From IMG/VR virus record IMGVR_UViG_3300024999_000004, positions 29,596 through 93,595 of that record: a DNA stretch of 64,000 nucleotides; one strand, written 5' to 3'. Positions within the stretch are counted from its first letter, which is position 1; each line of letters begins with the position of its first letter. The translations under genes were made by a program, and so were the position numbers. This DNA is from a virus. The notes under the pieces are model-generated. The model was not told where the DNA came from. It worked only from the letters and a program-made list of their open reading frames with translations, and did not search any database. Below are positions 1 to 9,096 of the stretch, piece after piece.

Positions 1-449
1 TGGTCATTCTCCCTCAGCTTGGCCTCCATGCGCTCGGCAAACCAGAGGACGGAAGGACGTGGCTTCCGGGAAAGCACAGGCTCAGGGGTCCAGTGCTTCC
101 ATTGGACGGGCGGGCCTGCGGAGGGGGTGCTTACATTGGGGCGAGGTAAATCAGGAGCAGGGGTCCATGGCATCGTGGGCTCGGGACTCAAGGAATCCAT
201 GGCTCTTGGCTCGCTGTCTACAAGTGAAGCAACCCATTTGCACAGCAACGCTTCCGTGCGTTGAATTGCTCCGTCGCTTTCTTCGAGAACATCTTCTACA
301 ATCTGCTCTGCAATTTCTCTTGGTGAACACGTTTCCACTTCCTTTGCATCCGTGGCTCGGGGCTCAAGGGTCTGGAGGTATTCGTCCATCTCGTCCTTTG
401 AATACACCGCTGTGGTTTCTCTTGCATAGAAGGGCTCGGGTCTCTTCAT
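1..449 (-). CDS. Partial phage hypothetical protein (runs off left edge), not in the ORF track
   Basis: ATG at 449 overlaps the stop of the upstream ORF (ATGA). Frame is open to base 1: MKRPEPFY...VYSKDEMDEYLQ...RPSVLWFAERMEAKLREND. Confidence 0.65.
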   Translation of the reverse strand, partial: MKRPEPFYARETTAVYSKDEMDEYLQTLEPRATDAKEVETCSPREIAEQIVEDVLEESDGAIQRTEALLCKWVASLVDSEPRAMDSLSPEPTMPWTPAPDLPRPNVSTPSAGPPVQWKHWTPEPVLSRKPRPSVLWFAERMEAKLREND

Positions 450-964
450 TCGGGGGCTCCTTGGGTCTTGAGTGAGGCGCGGGCTCTGACACGGATATCT
501 TCGAGTTGCACTAAATAGGACTCTTCTGCTTCGTGCGTTGTCATGCTCGGATTTGATGGGGCGTGGATGTGGGCAAAGTATTCCAGTGCCTCCCGCATCC
601 GATGAATCCGGGATTCAAGGGGCTCCCTTTTTTCCCTGTCCTGCCCCTCCATTCTCATCCGCAAATCCATCATTTCACGTAACCTGCGCACCTGCTCTTT
701 CAGATTCACAATTTCGAGGCTGGCTTCGTGGTACTGCGTTTCGAATGACGGGCAACCAATCCTGCCCTCCCTTTCGTCGTATAAGCACTTTACCGTCTCC
801 CCCGGAAGAATAAAACCCGGGCCGTAGTCTCCGTGGTGCTTGCATATCTCACGGCAATAAGCACTTCCAAGCATCACTGTCCCTGTCACTCCTTGGGCCT
901 TGTGCGGGCAGGGGACAAGGCATCTGCCGTTGAGCATGTCGTACGGAACTGGATATTCGTTCAT
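446..964 (-). CDS. Hypothetical protein, Cys/His N-terminus plus coiled coil
   Basis: ATG 964 is coupled to the stop of 961..1278; AAGGAAG SD. Confidence 0.7.
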   Translation of the reverse strand: MNEYPVPYDMLNGRCLVPCPHKAQGVTGTVMLGSAYCREICKHHGDYGPGFILPGETVKCLYDEREGRIGCPSFETQYHEASLEIVNLKEQVRRLREMMDLRMRMEGQDREKREPLESRIHRMREALEYFAHIHAPSNPSMTTHEAEESYLVQLEDIRVRARASLKTQGAPE

Positions 965-1278
965 ATTTTCTTCCTTTGTACGTTGCTCATACAACCACGC
1001 ATATTTGCTCTAACCCACCACCACACGCTTCTGCCGCTCGACTCTATCAGCTTCGCGTTCTGCAGTAGCCATTCCCCGCGTTCTGCTGAAATCTTTTTTA
1101 CTCTGCGGAAACCGTTCCCTCTGAATAGCTTGCCGTTTGAATCCACGATGTTATGGCGCGGGGGCTCATGGGCGGTCAAGGATTCGTAAAAGCCCACGGC
1201 CCAATGGTCCTGTGGGTCGCCATCGACGTACTTTGTGGCGAGGACGTAATCGCCTTTCTGGAGATTAGGCGCGTTCAT
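961..1278 (-). CDS. Phage hypothetical protein
   Basis: GGAG SD; ATGA coupling at both ends; GDYVLATKY-DGDPQD-W motif. Confidence 0.75.
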   Translation of the reverse strand: MNAPNLQKGDYVLATKYVDGDPQDHWAVGFYESLTAHEPPRHNIVDSNGKLFRGNGFRRVKKISAERGEWLLQNAKLIESSGRSVWWWVRANMRGCMSNVQRKKI

Positions 1279-1472
1279 CCGAGGGCTCCTTGGCTCTTGC
1301 TGGTCAATTCATCCACAATGAAAGAAAGTTTGTGCTGGGGCTCGGGGGGTCCTTGAGGCGGGGAATCCGTGGCCACGGATTCAAAGGCCCGTTGGAGGCA
1401 GTCATTAATAGTGCGGGACTTCCCGTTCCTTCTTCCGAGGCAGAAAATACGTGATTCATTGGCTCCGTGCAT
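1275..1472 (-). CDS. Hypothetical protein
   Basis: AAGGAGCCACAGATG start cassette; coupled to the next gene. Confidence 0.55.
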   Translation of the reverse strand: MHGANESRIFCLGRRNGKSRTINDCLQRAFESVATDSPPQGPPEPQHKLSFIVDELTSKSQGALG

Positions 1473-1519
1473 CTGTGGCTCCTTGTGGCGTTGGGTCGGA
1501 GAATCCGGGCTCGGGGGCT

Positions 1520-1678
1520 TTATACATTCCCATCAAGCACCTTTTGAATTGCCTCAAAAATGGCGTTGTATTGCCCGACGGTAAGATTTGGCTCTCTTCT
1601 TTCCTCCATATTCTTTTTTGCTTCTTCGAATATCACCCGAGTCATTACGCGAATCTTTCGATTCAGATTACCTTCCAT
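1520..1678 (-). CDS. 52-aa hypothetical protein, first gene of the leftward unit (not in ORF track)
   Basis: AGGAG SD, directly downstream of the promoter at 1707-1735; MEGNLNRKIRV...GQYNAIFEAIQKVLDGNV. Confidence 0.65.
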   Translation of the reverse strand: MEGNLNRKIRVMTRVIFEEAKKNMEERREPNLTVGQYNAIFEAIQKVLDGNV

Positions 1679-1706
1679 CCTGTTACTCCTTGTCCTACTT
1701 TACTAT

Positions 1707-1735
1707 ATATTACCACATAAACCATTGCCTGTCAA
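1707..1735 (-). promoter_or_regulatory. sigma70-type promoter
   Basis: TTGACA-17bp-TAATAT with TG extension on the minus strand. Confidence 0.75.
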
Positions 1736-1867
1736 GTCCCTTCTGTCAGGAAAAGTGCACATACTCCTGACAAACGAATAAGCGGCCTGTCCTCCGTCTT
1801 CACGTACATGAAGTGTATAAAATGCTCAGACTGTTCCTAACTACGGAGGGGATGAATCCGGCCCCAC

Positions 1868-2085
1868 CTATAGCGTCGGTCCATACCCCCTCCCCTCCTA
1901 CGCTATAGGTAGCGCCCCGAGCCCTTGAACCTTCGCACTACAACACCATAGCTAGCGTATACCTATGTATAGTATGACCCTACGCTACATGTAGCGTAGG
2001 CCCCAGGTTCACTGAACCCATTCACCTAAATATCGGTTACTGAACCCATTCATTGAACTAGACTCACTGAACCCATTCACCTAAA
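1868..2085. repeat. Palindrome and direct-repeat block (candidate genome end, packaging site or origin)
   Basis: IR CCTATAGCGT/ACGCTATAGG; perfect 22-bp palindrome CCTACGCTACATGTAGCGTAGG at 1979-2000; ACTGAACCCATTCA at 2011, 2039 and 2066. Confidence 0.8.
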
Positions 2086-2143
2086 CAGCCCCCATGCGTC
2101 GCTTGATCCTCTAATAAATCGAATCGAATTCTCCTTTATTTAC

Positions 2144-2171
2144 TTGCGCTTTTCGCGGTATCGTGTATAAT
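2144..2171 (+). promoter_or_regulatory. Candidate early promoter
   Basis: TTGCGC-16bp-TATAAT upstream of the first rightward ORF. Confidence 0.5.
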
Positions 2172-2208
2172 GATTATAGGTGATTAGAGCTTACTTGGGG
2201 GTGACGAG

Positions 2209-2382
2209 ATGAACCAAAATACAGAGTTGACTATATCGCAATTGCGTTTTTCGGAAACCTGGCTTGCGCAGTCTTTGCGCGCAGTAACTCCGGTATATTT
2301 CGAGCACGAAAAAGCCGCCTTTGAACGGTTGACGTGCGAGCTTGCGCAGGTACGTGCAGAGATTGCAACGCGGAGGGCGTAA
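2209..2382 (+). CDS. 57-aa early hypothetical protein (not in ORF track)
   Basis: GGGGGTG SD; MNQNTELTISQLRF...; abuts the next ORF. Confidence 0.55.
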   Translation: MNQNTELTISQLRFSETWLAQSLRAVTPVYFEHEKAAFERLTCELAQVRAEIATRRA

Positions 2383-2383
2383 A

Positions 2384-2572
2384 ATGCAACACACTAACCC
2401 GACCATAGCCCCCGCGATGCAATCCGCCATTGACCGCCTTCGTTCCGCTCTTGCACACGGTGCGAGCATGGACCGCGACTATGCGGACGAATGGGCGCGC
2501 ATGAGGCGAGCGAGCGCGCGGAATAACGGAATTGCGTACCGTAGTGCGCGCATAGCGCAAGAGGCGGACTAA
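2384..2572 (+). CDS. Early hypothetical protein
   Basis: GGAGG SD; tight packing. Confidence 0.6.
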   Translation: MQHTNPTIAPAMQSAIDRLRSALAHGASMDRDYADEWARMRRASARNNGIAYRSARIAQEAD

Positions 2573-2734
2573 ATGGAATACGCTATAAGCATGATCGAAT
2601 CGCACGGGTACCGCGTAGTGTCGCTAGATGCCTTGATATTCGCGGTACTCCATCGCGGACTATTCTATAATGCGATGGACCTTTATTCTGATTTATCCGC
2701 AAGCTTGCGCGATGGAATTATTGAAGAGAGCTAG
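2573..2734 (+). CDS. 53-aa early hypothetical protein (not in ORF track)
   Basis: Starts immediately after the previous stop; MEYAISMIESHGY... Confidence 0.5.
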   Translation: MEYAISMIESHGYRVVSLDALIFAVLHRGLFYNAMDLYSDLSASLRDGIIEES

Positions 2735-2789
2735 GGACCATGGGCGCGCCGTATGGCGTCGCCTTAGCTTGAGCATAGGAAGGCATAAA

Positions 2790-3074
2790 ATGACTTACTT
2801 TGTAGGCATGATGCAAACGCATAACAAACGGTGGAACAACTTGACGCGAGAACTTGAAACCGTTCCGGAATACCTTATCGATTGCATGGGCTCCGATAGC
2901 TATACAACGGTTGACGGGAGACTCTCCCGCGACCATGCGATCATGGAAGCGCATAGCGTAGCGGCGAAGCGCGGAAGGCCTGCCTTCTTTGTTATCAAGG
3001 CTTCCAGCTTCCATAATTTTCTTGACTTGCGGGATTCAGGGAAAGGGAAATTCATCCGGACGGTGACAAGATGA
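2790..3074 (+). CDS. Early hypothetical protein
   Basis: AGGAAGG SD; MGSDS...VDGRLS motif. Confidence 0.65.
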   Translation: MTYFVGMMQTHNKRWNNLTRELETVPEYLIDCMGSDSYTTVDGRLSRDHAIMEAHSVAAKRGRPAFFVIKASSFHNFLDLRDSGKGKFIRTVTR

Positions 3075-3313
3075 AACCGCTCATCCGAGATGGAATCTCC
3101 ATGATTCAATCGAATTCCGGCTTGATCAAAATCAAATTCCCCGATAACCGCGAAGCATCCCTCCTTTCCAACGGTCGCCGCCTCTCATGGGATACCTTCG
3201 ACGGCTTCCTCCGCGCGGCCCATCGTCCGGAAGGATCAAAGGGGAAAGTATTCGGGAAGAGCGAACGGTACGCGGAAAACGTGAGCGCAGGAATCAGGGA
3301 GGCGCGGAGATGA
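3071..3313 (+). CDS. Early hypothetical protein
   Basis: ATGA coupling at both ends. Confidence 0.6.
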   Translation: MKPLIRDGISMIQSNSGLIKIKFPDNREASLLSNGRRLSWDTFDGFLRAAHRPEGSKGKVFGKSERYAENVSAGIREARR

Positions 3314-3681
3314 TGAACCTTGAAGCAAAGGCCCTTTTCGATCAATTCGGACGCAAACTTGAAACAGGGAAGCGGGAATTTTACCGCAAGATCCGCGCCA
3401 TAAAGGAAGGCCATATCAACGCGGCAGACTTCCCCGCTACTTTCGCCTGGGAAAGGTCCTGCTATCGCGGACCGGCATATAATGAGGTAGCGATGCACGC
3501 ACTTTCCGAATTGCTTGAATGCTACGGCGTAGAATCCATAGACTCAAGCGAAACAAAAAACGGAGAGTATATTGACTACCTGAACGTAGGCGATCCTTAC
3601 ATACCGACCGTTGTAAGGTGTACCGCATGGACCCATGAATTCAGACTCGCAAAAGGAGGATACGCGGAATTCGTGAAATAG
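3310..3681 (+). CDS. Early hypothetical protein
   Basis: GGAGG SD; LLECYGVE...YLNVGDPY motif. Confidence 0.7.
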   Translation: MMNLEAKALFDQFGRKLETGKREFYRKIRAIKEGHINAADFPATFAWERSCYRGPAYNEVAMHALSELLECYGVESIDSSETKNGEYIDYLNVGDPYIPTVVRCTAWTHEFRLAKGGYAEFVK

Positions 3682-3779
3682 TGCGCTTGCGGGATTCTCT
3701 TTATGGTTTATACTATAAAGGGAATGATGCAATCGAACTATGAGCGATTGAAGTCTAAGCGAGAAGGAAGGTATTGAAT

Positions 3780-4154
3780 ATGAAGGCAAAAAGAGTCTAT
3801 GACTTCAGGGGCTTTGAAGGTCCGGACGCTTCGCTTGAAATATCACTTTTTGAGTATGGCCTCGCTTGGAAATGCACAAGCAAAACAAAGCAAGATTATT
3901 GCTTTGTATACGGCGTGCGCGCAAGCGATAAGGGAGAATATGACCGCTTCACCTATGCTACTCTTTCCCTTGACGACTGGAAGTCAATTGTCAATGAATC
4001 ATGGTTCAAGGCGGAATCGGTAGGAAATTACTTCGAACGTTCCGCCGAAACCTTGATAGAAGGATTCCCTGAATCTTTGCATGAGGGCGTGATATACCAT
4101 GGAACGGAGAATATTTTCGGTTCTTGCTACCATGAAGGGTTTGTAATAGTATGA
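3780..4154 (+). CDS. Early hypothetical protein
   Basis: GAAGG SD; DASLEISLFEYG motif. Confidence 0.7.
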   Translation: MKAKRVYDFRGFEGPDASLEISLFEYGLAWKCTSKTKQDYCFVYGVRASDKGEYDRFTYATLSLDDWKSIVNESWFKAESVGNYFERSAETLIEGFPESLHEGVIYHGTENIFGSCYHEGFVIV

Positions 4155-4330
4155 ACGCGCTGGCGAAATTCGAAGCGGAACCGTGTATCGGCGTACCGCT
4201 GGAATGGCTTCAACTGATAAAAGCCCACGCGCTTGAGCAAACACGGATTGCATTGATATCGCGCGAGCTGGACGATATGATCGATAGCGCGTGCCTTGAC
4301 AGCGACGAAGATTGAAAGGAGGGTAGAACC

Positions 4331-4624
4331 ATGAAAAGACAATTCAAGCCAGTACCTTGCAAGTATGGTGCACCTATGGGAAGGGATTCCTTCGGAGACC
4401 CGCGCAAAGTATCGGACAAGCGAATTTCACTTTTCCGCGTCCGTATGGTTGACGGAGACTATGACGACGGAGGCGCGTATTGGGGTGGATATCCTTCCTC
4501 TCCGCTCTACTGCGCAAGGACCGGCGACGGTTCAACCTATCGGGACTTCGCGCGCGCGAAAAGCCGGAAGGAAGCGGCGGAGATAATGGAAATTCCGGAC
4601 TCCAAGCTTAAAATAAGGGCATAG
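4331..4624 (+). CDS. Early hypothetical protein
   Basis: AGGAGG SD; YGAPMGR...GDYDDGGAYWG motif. Confidence 0.75.
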   Translation: MKRQFKPVPCKYGAPMGRDSFGDPRKVSDKRISLFRVRMVDGDYDDGGAYWGGYPSSPLYCARTGDGSTYRDFARAKSRKEAAEIMEIPDSKLKIRA

Positions 4625-4710
4625 AGGGCTTCCCTTTCCTTCCTTGTATAAAGGAAGGATGAGGAAACGCTTTATGCGCTTCATATCCATTTACTAAGGA
4701 AGGTACTATC

Positions 4711-4953
4711 ATGCGTTCCAAACGTTCCGACCTGATTCGCCGCGCCTTGCGCCTCCGATCCTCGGCCCTCCGCGCCTCCGACCCTCTCATGTGCGCGCTC
4801 CTGCTACGGCAAGCGAACGCATGTTTGCTTAAATCCGAGCGGCTTGACTCGATACTTCCGAGGAATCCGGTACGCGACTGCCGGGCGGCTATCATCGAAG
4901 GTCCCTATCGTGCCATGGCGCGGGCTTCAAGGTTCGCGGGAATAGAAGACTGA
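4711..4953 (+). CDS. Basic early hypothetical protein
   Basis: AAGGAAGG SD. Confidence 0.55.
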   Translation: MRSKRSDLIRRALRLRSSALRASDPLMCALLLRQANACLLKSERLDSILPRNPVRDCRAAIIEGPYRAMARASRFAGIED

Positions 4954-4969
4954 AGGAAAGGAAGGAAAC

Positions 4970-5362
4970 ATGAAAGCGGATATATCGAAGACTCAAGGAA
5001 TGGATAAGTTTTCCGTAGGAAACTATCGGGAAAAAGAATTGTACTACGGCTACAAATGCGTAGACAAGAAGGACGAGCGCGCAATCATCGATCTCCGCCT
5101 ATACGCTTCCCGGTCCGATAAGTACGGACGCAAATATGCGGTTATCTGGACGAAAGACGGAGCGGGGAAAGGATACGCGGGCGGTTACGGGTATGACAAG
5201 AAAAGCGCAGCCGTAAGCTCCGCGATAGAAGACGCGGGGATAAGCTTGAGCGAAAGGATCGACGGGGTAGGGGAAGATGCAATCCGCTCCGCGCTTTCCG
5301 CGATCATGGAAGCATACGGCTATACGCCGGAGGCTTGGATTCTCGTCGAATTCTACGCGTAG
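4970..5362 (+). CDS. Early hypothetical protein
   Basis: SD; GYAGGYGYDKKSAA motif. Confidence 0.75.
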   Translation: MKADISKTQGMDKFSVGNYREKELYYGYKCVDKKDERAIIDLRLYASRSDKYGRKYAVIWTKDGAGKGYAGGYGYDKKSAAVSSAIEDAGISLSERIDGVGEDAIRSALSAIMEAYGYTPEAWILVEFYA

Positions 5363-5449
5363 AACGCTTCGCCTGCCTTCCAGTACCTATTGGAAGGCGG
5401 ATCGAATCGCTTTATACACGATTCAATATATTCTCGCAAGGAGCGTACT

Positions 5450-5833
5450 ATGGAAGCAAGGAAAGCAATCGAACAGATCCGGAATGAAGCCTATCACAAG
5501 GAACAAAAGAAGGAAGCCCGCAAAGCCCTGAAGGCCAAAATCGGCTTCATCCCCAAAACCATCGATATTCAAGGCAAGGAATGGTTCGATAAAACGTACG
5601 GCAATTCTTACTTCTCCGCCGTCGTAACGCTCGATTATCTCCTTCCTACGCAAAAAACCATCGTCCTGCCCTTCCAGTACGGCTACGGGGATTCCTACAC
5701 GCAAGCGGCAGCCGAGGCCCTGGGGCTCAAGGCTCCCCTGTCATACTCCGCAAGGGAGGCGGGGATCATGCTGCGCGCGAATATCGAATGCGGATGCCTC
5801 CAGAGGGATGTCAAGAGGTGGGGGAGGGAATGA
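5450..5833 (+). CDS. Early hypothetical protein
   Basis: AAGGAG SD; EWFDKTYGNSYFS...PFQYGYG motif. Confidence 0.75.
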   Translation: MEARKAIEQIRNEAYHKEQKKEARKALKAKIGFIPKTIDIQGKEWFDKTYGNSYFSAVVTLDYLLPTQKTIVLPFQYGYGDSYTQAAAEALGLKAPLSYSAREAGIMLRANIECGCLQRDVKRWGRE

Positions 5834-6255
5834 AGGAAGATCCCCGCGCAAAATTCAAGGAAGAATTCGACAACGAATGGAAGGCCGAAATATTCTCTCC
5901 ATACGAGGATATCCCCCTCCTTTACTCTCCCGATAACCTGGAGCGCTTCAAGGAGCGTGTGAAAGTAGCTGCGCTCCTCCGCTATCGGCCTGACGATGAG
6001 GGAGTCCCGATCAACTGGTTCGCAGTCATTCAGGATTTAGGGATCGATTATACGTACATCATAAGGACACCGGAATTCATGGTCCAAAGGATCGAGGGCT
6101 ACATGGACCGGCTATATGAATCGGAAGGAGCCTTGATCCGGCTATACAACGGCGGGGCTATAGATATCATGGGGCTTGATTCCGTCAATGCTCGGATTCT
6201 CCCGGAGATTCTACGGGAGATAGCTTTGTACGAGGAAAGGAGCGTATCAAGATGA
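5830..6255 (+). CDS. Early hypothetical protein
   Basis: GGAGGG SD; ATGA coupling. Confidence 0.7.
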   Translation: MKEDPRAKFKEEFDNEWKAEIFSPYEDIPLLYSPDNLERFKERVKVAALLRYRPDDEGVPINWFAVIQDLGIDYTYIIRTPEFMVQRIEGYMDRLYESEGALIRLYNGGAIDIMGLDSVNARILPEILREIALYEERSVSR

Positions 6256-6467
6256 AGGAAGCCCGCTGGAAAACTGCAGTGAAGGAAGAGGCGAAGAAAG
6301 GAAAGGAGGGCTCTTTTATTCCGGCAATAAAGGAGCACAGAAAATTATGGGCAAGAATCCATGAATCCTGCCCCCTGATTCCTATGCCGCTACTATCAAA
6401 AAGCAAGGAAACCATAGAACGATACGCCCTGAAGCAAGGGCTTGTGTTTGTGCGGTTCAGGAGCTAG
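6252..6467 (+). CDS. Early hypothetical protein
   Basis: AGGAG SD; coupling. Confidence 0.55.
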   Translation: MKEARWKTAVKEEAKKGKEGSFIPAIKEHRKLWARIHESCPLIPMPLLSKSKETIERYALKQGLVFVRFRS

Positions 6468-6490
6468 ACCCTACTAAGGAGCACAAGGAA

Positions 6491-6604
6491 ATGAAGAATT
6501 CCATCGTAGTAGACGGGAAGAAGCGAGCTTGTCTTATGAAGCAAGGCAACAAATTCAAGGAACTATTCGACAAAGAATGGCAAGGAGAGTGCTATAATGA
6601 ATAA
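6491..6604 (+). CDS. 37-aa chimeric mini-ORF built from the starts of two neighbouring genes
   Basis: First 35 nt identical to 6907-6941; KFKELFDKEW resembles KFKEEFDNEW of the 5830 gene. Confidence 0.5.
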   Translation: MKNSIVVDGKKRACLMKQGNKFKELFDKEWQGECYNE

Positions 6605-6812
6605 GGCTTATGTTATTCGAAACAATAAAGGATATATACGTATCTACGAAGATGCGGGATGCTTTGAAGTAGTAGAGGATATCTCTGATGCTACATTCTA
6701 TGACTCCGAAACCTTTGCGTATGAGGGGCTGCTCAAACTAGGAAACGCCCTTCGCAGTTTTTCCGTTGAATTCTACCTAATACAATGCGTGGCTATAGTC
6801 TACGCGCGATAA
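6597..6812 (+). CDS. Early hypothetical protein
   Basis: AGGAG SD. Confidence 0.6.
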   Translation: MNKAYVIRNNKGYIRIYEDAGCFEVVEDISDATFYDSETFAYEGLLKLGNALRSFSVEFYLIQCVAIVYAR

Positions 6813-6906
6813 CCACAAGGAGGCCGCAGCGACAATATGCACAGTCATAAAATCAGCTTATAGGCGGCGAATTCACCCACAAGAATACAAGAAGGAGCAT
6901 ATCAAG

Positions 6907-7203
6907 ATGAAGAATTCCATCGTAGTAGACGGGAAGAAGCGGACATGCGTCATTTACGACAACGGAGGGCCGGACGCGCCCGACGGCTCCATAGACCGCT
7001 ATACCGTCATCCTCCGGGCCTATCGGGACAAGGGGCTAGGATGCATGGTATATCCCTACCTTGCGTGCTCGGAATCCCCCTTCCAGTCATTCGGGCAGAA
7101 TGGGGATTCATACGAATCAATCCGTGGTAAGCATCTAGGAAAGCGCGTCACCTTCGAAGACGCTCCAGAAGACGTGAAGGCGTTCATACTTCAGGAATTC
7201 TAG
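6907..7203 (+). CDS. Early hypothetical protein
   Basis: AAGGAG SD; YDNGG...DRYTV...HLGKRV motif. Confidence 0.75.
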   Translation: MKNSIVVDGKKRTCVIYDNGGPDAPDGSIDRYTVILRAYRDKGLGCMVYPYLACSESPFQSFGQNGDSYESIRGKHLGKRVTFEDAPEDVKAFILQEF

Positions 7204-7252
7204 CGCCCTCCCCTGCATAGGGAGGGAATCAAAGGATCAAGGAAGGAAAACG

Positions 7253-7564
7253 ATGGAAGCGACAAAACTAGCGGGAATACTCGCAGAACATGCAGCATGG
7301 TTGAAAGACCTCACGAAAGGAGAACGCGCGAACCTCCGGGGCGCGAACCTCCGGGGCGCGAACCTCCGGGGCGCGAACCTCGATTTTTCCTGTTTCCCCC
7401 TCTGGTGCGGGGGGACAAGATTCAAGGCGGGTGACAAGTTGATCATGCAGGTTCTGGCGCATCTTTGCTCCTGGGAAGTATCAGAGGAGGCGAAGGAAGA
7501 ACTCGACAAAGTAAGGGAGTATGCGAAAAAGTCGCATAGAGCGGAGGAATGCGGTATCCTCTAG
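7253..7564 (+). CDS. Pentapeptide-repeat protein
   Basis: (ANLRG)x3 encoded by the 15-bp tandem repeat GCGAACCTCCGGGGC, followed by LDFSCFPLWCG. Confidence 0.85.
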   Translation: MEATKLAGILAEHAAWLKDLTKGERANLRGANLRGANLRGANLDFSCFPLWCGGTRFKAGDKLIMQVLAHLCSWEVSEEAKEELDKVREYAKKSHRAEECGIL

Positions 7565-7595
7565 CCCGCGCGGCTTAATAAGGAGAAAACCTTAT

Positions 7596-8003
7596 ATGGA
7601 TCTAGCTATAGGCTACTTATTGTTCCTCGCATTCGTCCCGCAAACAGAAAACGCAACCTTCCATCCTGTCTACGGGGGCTTTGAACAAAGCATTACAGAA
7701 CCCGCGTTCGTAGCATCCATGGGCCTTAAGTTCACTCTAGGAAGATTCACGCTCTCCCCTACCATAGAAACGTACACAATGAAAAGCAAGGAATCTCCGT
7801 TTTTCAACCCCTTCCGCTCGGACTATGAAATCAGGGCGGAATTCCGGCTCTCCGATAAGGACGCGCCAACGCAAGTAACGGCGGGCGCATGGCATGAATG
7901 CGTGCATCCCGTGGACTCCGGGGACCTCCCCTCCGTTGTCAACAGATACGCGGGAGGGGAAACGCGATTTTATCTCAAGATTCAAGGGCTCACGGGTCCC
8001 TAG
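7596..8003 (+). CDS. Putative exported or beta-strand-rich envelope protein
   Basis: AAGGAG SD; hydrophobic N-terminus; alternating hydrophobic strands. Confidence 0.55.
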   Translation: MDLAIGYLLFLAFVPQTENATFHPVYGGFEQSITEPAFVASMGLKFTLGRFTLSPTIETYTMKSKESPFFNPFRSDYEIRAEFRLSDKDAPTQVTAGAWHECVHPVDSGDLPSVVNRYAGGETRFYLKIQGLTGP

Positions 8004-8100
8004 GAGGCCGCAGCGACAATATGCACAGTATATAGAAGGAAGTTGATCCAACTCACGCCTATAGGCCCGAAATTGCCTCCCTGGGCGGCGACTTCGCCCA

Positions 8101-8248
8101 TAAAAGACCCCGCGCATGGGGATAAAAGACCCCGCGCATGGGGATAAAAGACCCCGCGCATGGGGATAAAAGACCCCGCGCAAAGGGCAAAAGACCCCGC
8201 GCATGGGGATAAAAGACCCCGCGCAAAGGGCAAAAGACCCTATACGGG
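8101..8248. repeat. Tandem array of seven 21-22 bp hairpin units (T/C)AAAAGACCCCGCGCA(TGGGGA/AAGGG)
   Basis: Units start at 8101, 8123, 8145, 8167, 8188, 8210 and 8231; no spacers. Confidence 0.95.
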
Positions 8249-8271
8249 AGTACAAGAAGGAGCACAGACAA

Positions 8272-8790
8272 ATGAAATTCGAAGAAGGCAAGAGCTACAA
8301 AATAATAAAAAGTGCGACGAATCCCCCCGGCCCTCCTGTCAGTCTACACGACGGCTCACCTCATCTCTGCACCAAAGCCGTACCCGAAAGTGCGAACGTA
8401 CACGCAAGCTTCGATTGCGACGAATCCCCGGCCCTTATGACGATCTACACGCCGGAGGATATGGCGGACTTTCAGGAGGTGGCCACCGCCCGCAACGGAG
8501 TATTCATGGAAGCTTCCTACTTGGAAGCAGGCAACGAAAGCAACAAATTATTCGGGGTAGATGCGAACCACCTGAAGGACAAAACCATCGAAGTCCTCCG
8601 CATAGGGGAAGGAGAAAACACGGAAACGGCCGTCCTGATGGCCATAAGGAGCGGGGTCCTCACGTCCCGGGATCTTGCGGCCTTCACGGCGTATACGATC
8701 AGCGAAGCCTACGGAAAGGCTCAGATGAGGGAAGCCGCCCCGGATTCGCTCACGGCCCTCATGGAAGCCCTGAAGGGATATCGAGGATGA
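8272..8790 (+). CDS. Early hypothetical protein
   Basis: AAGGAG SD after the repeat array. Confidence 0.7.
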   Translation: MKFEEGKSYKIIKSATNPPGPPVSLHDGSPHLCTKAVPESANVHASFDCDESPALMTIYTPEDMADFQEVATARNGVFMEASYLEAGNESNKLFGVDANHLKDKTIEVLRIGEGENTETAVLMAIRSGVLTSRDLAAFTAYTISEAYGKAQMREAAPDSLTALMEALKGYRG

Positions 8791-9083
8791 AAACCACGGA
8801 AGCAAGGATATTCTGCGGCAGAGATGCCGAAGGCCCTATCATCATGGTCGGGGGGACGAAGGAAAAAATCTGCGGCATAGACGTGATTCAATACTTCCAG
8901 AAGCCTCCCTACAAGGAGGCTGCGAAGCATACAAAGTATGTATGCTGGGAAGGAAGAATCCGGACGGATATCGTCCCGGGAACCATGCTGGAGGAATCAA
9001 CGGAAGACTGCGCAGACCTGATCGAAAGGTTCTTCCCCTACGCCACAATAAAATACGTCACCTTGGAGGAGGTGCTGCAATAG
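8787..9083 (+). CDS. Early hypothetical protein, last of the cluster
   Basis: ATGA coupling. Confidence 0.65.
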   Translation: MKTTEARIFCGRDAEGPIIMVGGTKEKICGIDVIQYFQKPPYKEAAKHTKYVCWEGRIRTDIVPGTMLEESTEDCADLIERFFPYATIKYVTLEEVLQ

Positions 9084-9096
9084 GTACAGGGAATCA

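Noticed and set aside
8101-8248. CRISPR array
   Set aside because: Units are contiguous with no unique spacers, and there is no cas operon.
7737-8291. ORFs translated through the 22-bp array and the GAGCCCC arrays (also 10147..10500, 10305..10487)
   Set aside because: Repeat-derived low-complexity translations without SD.
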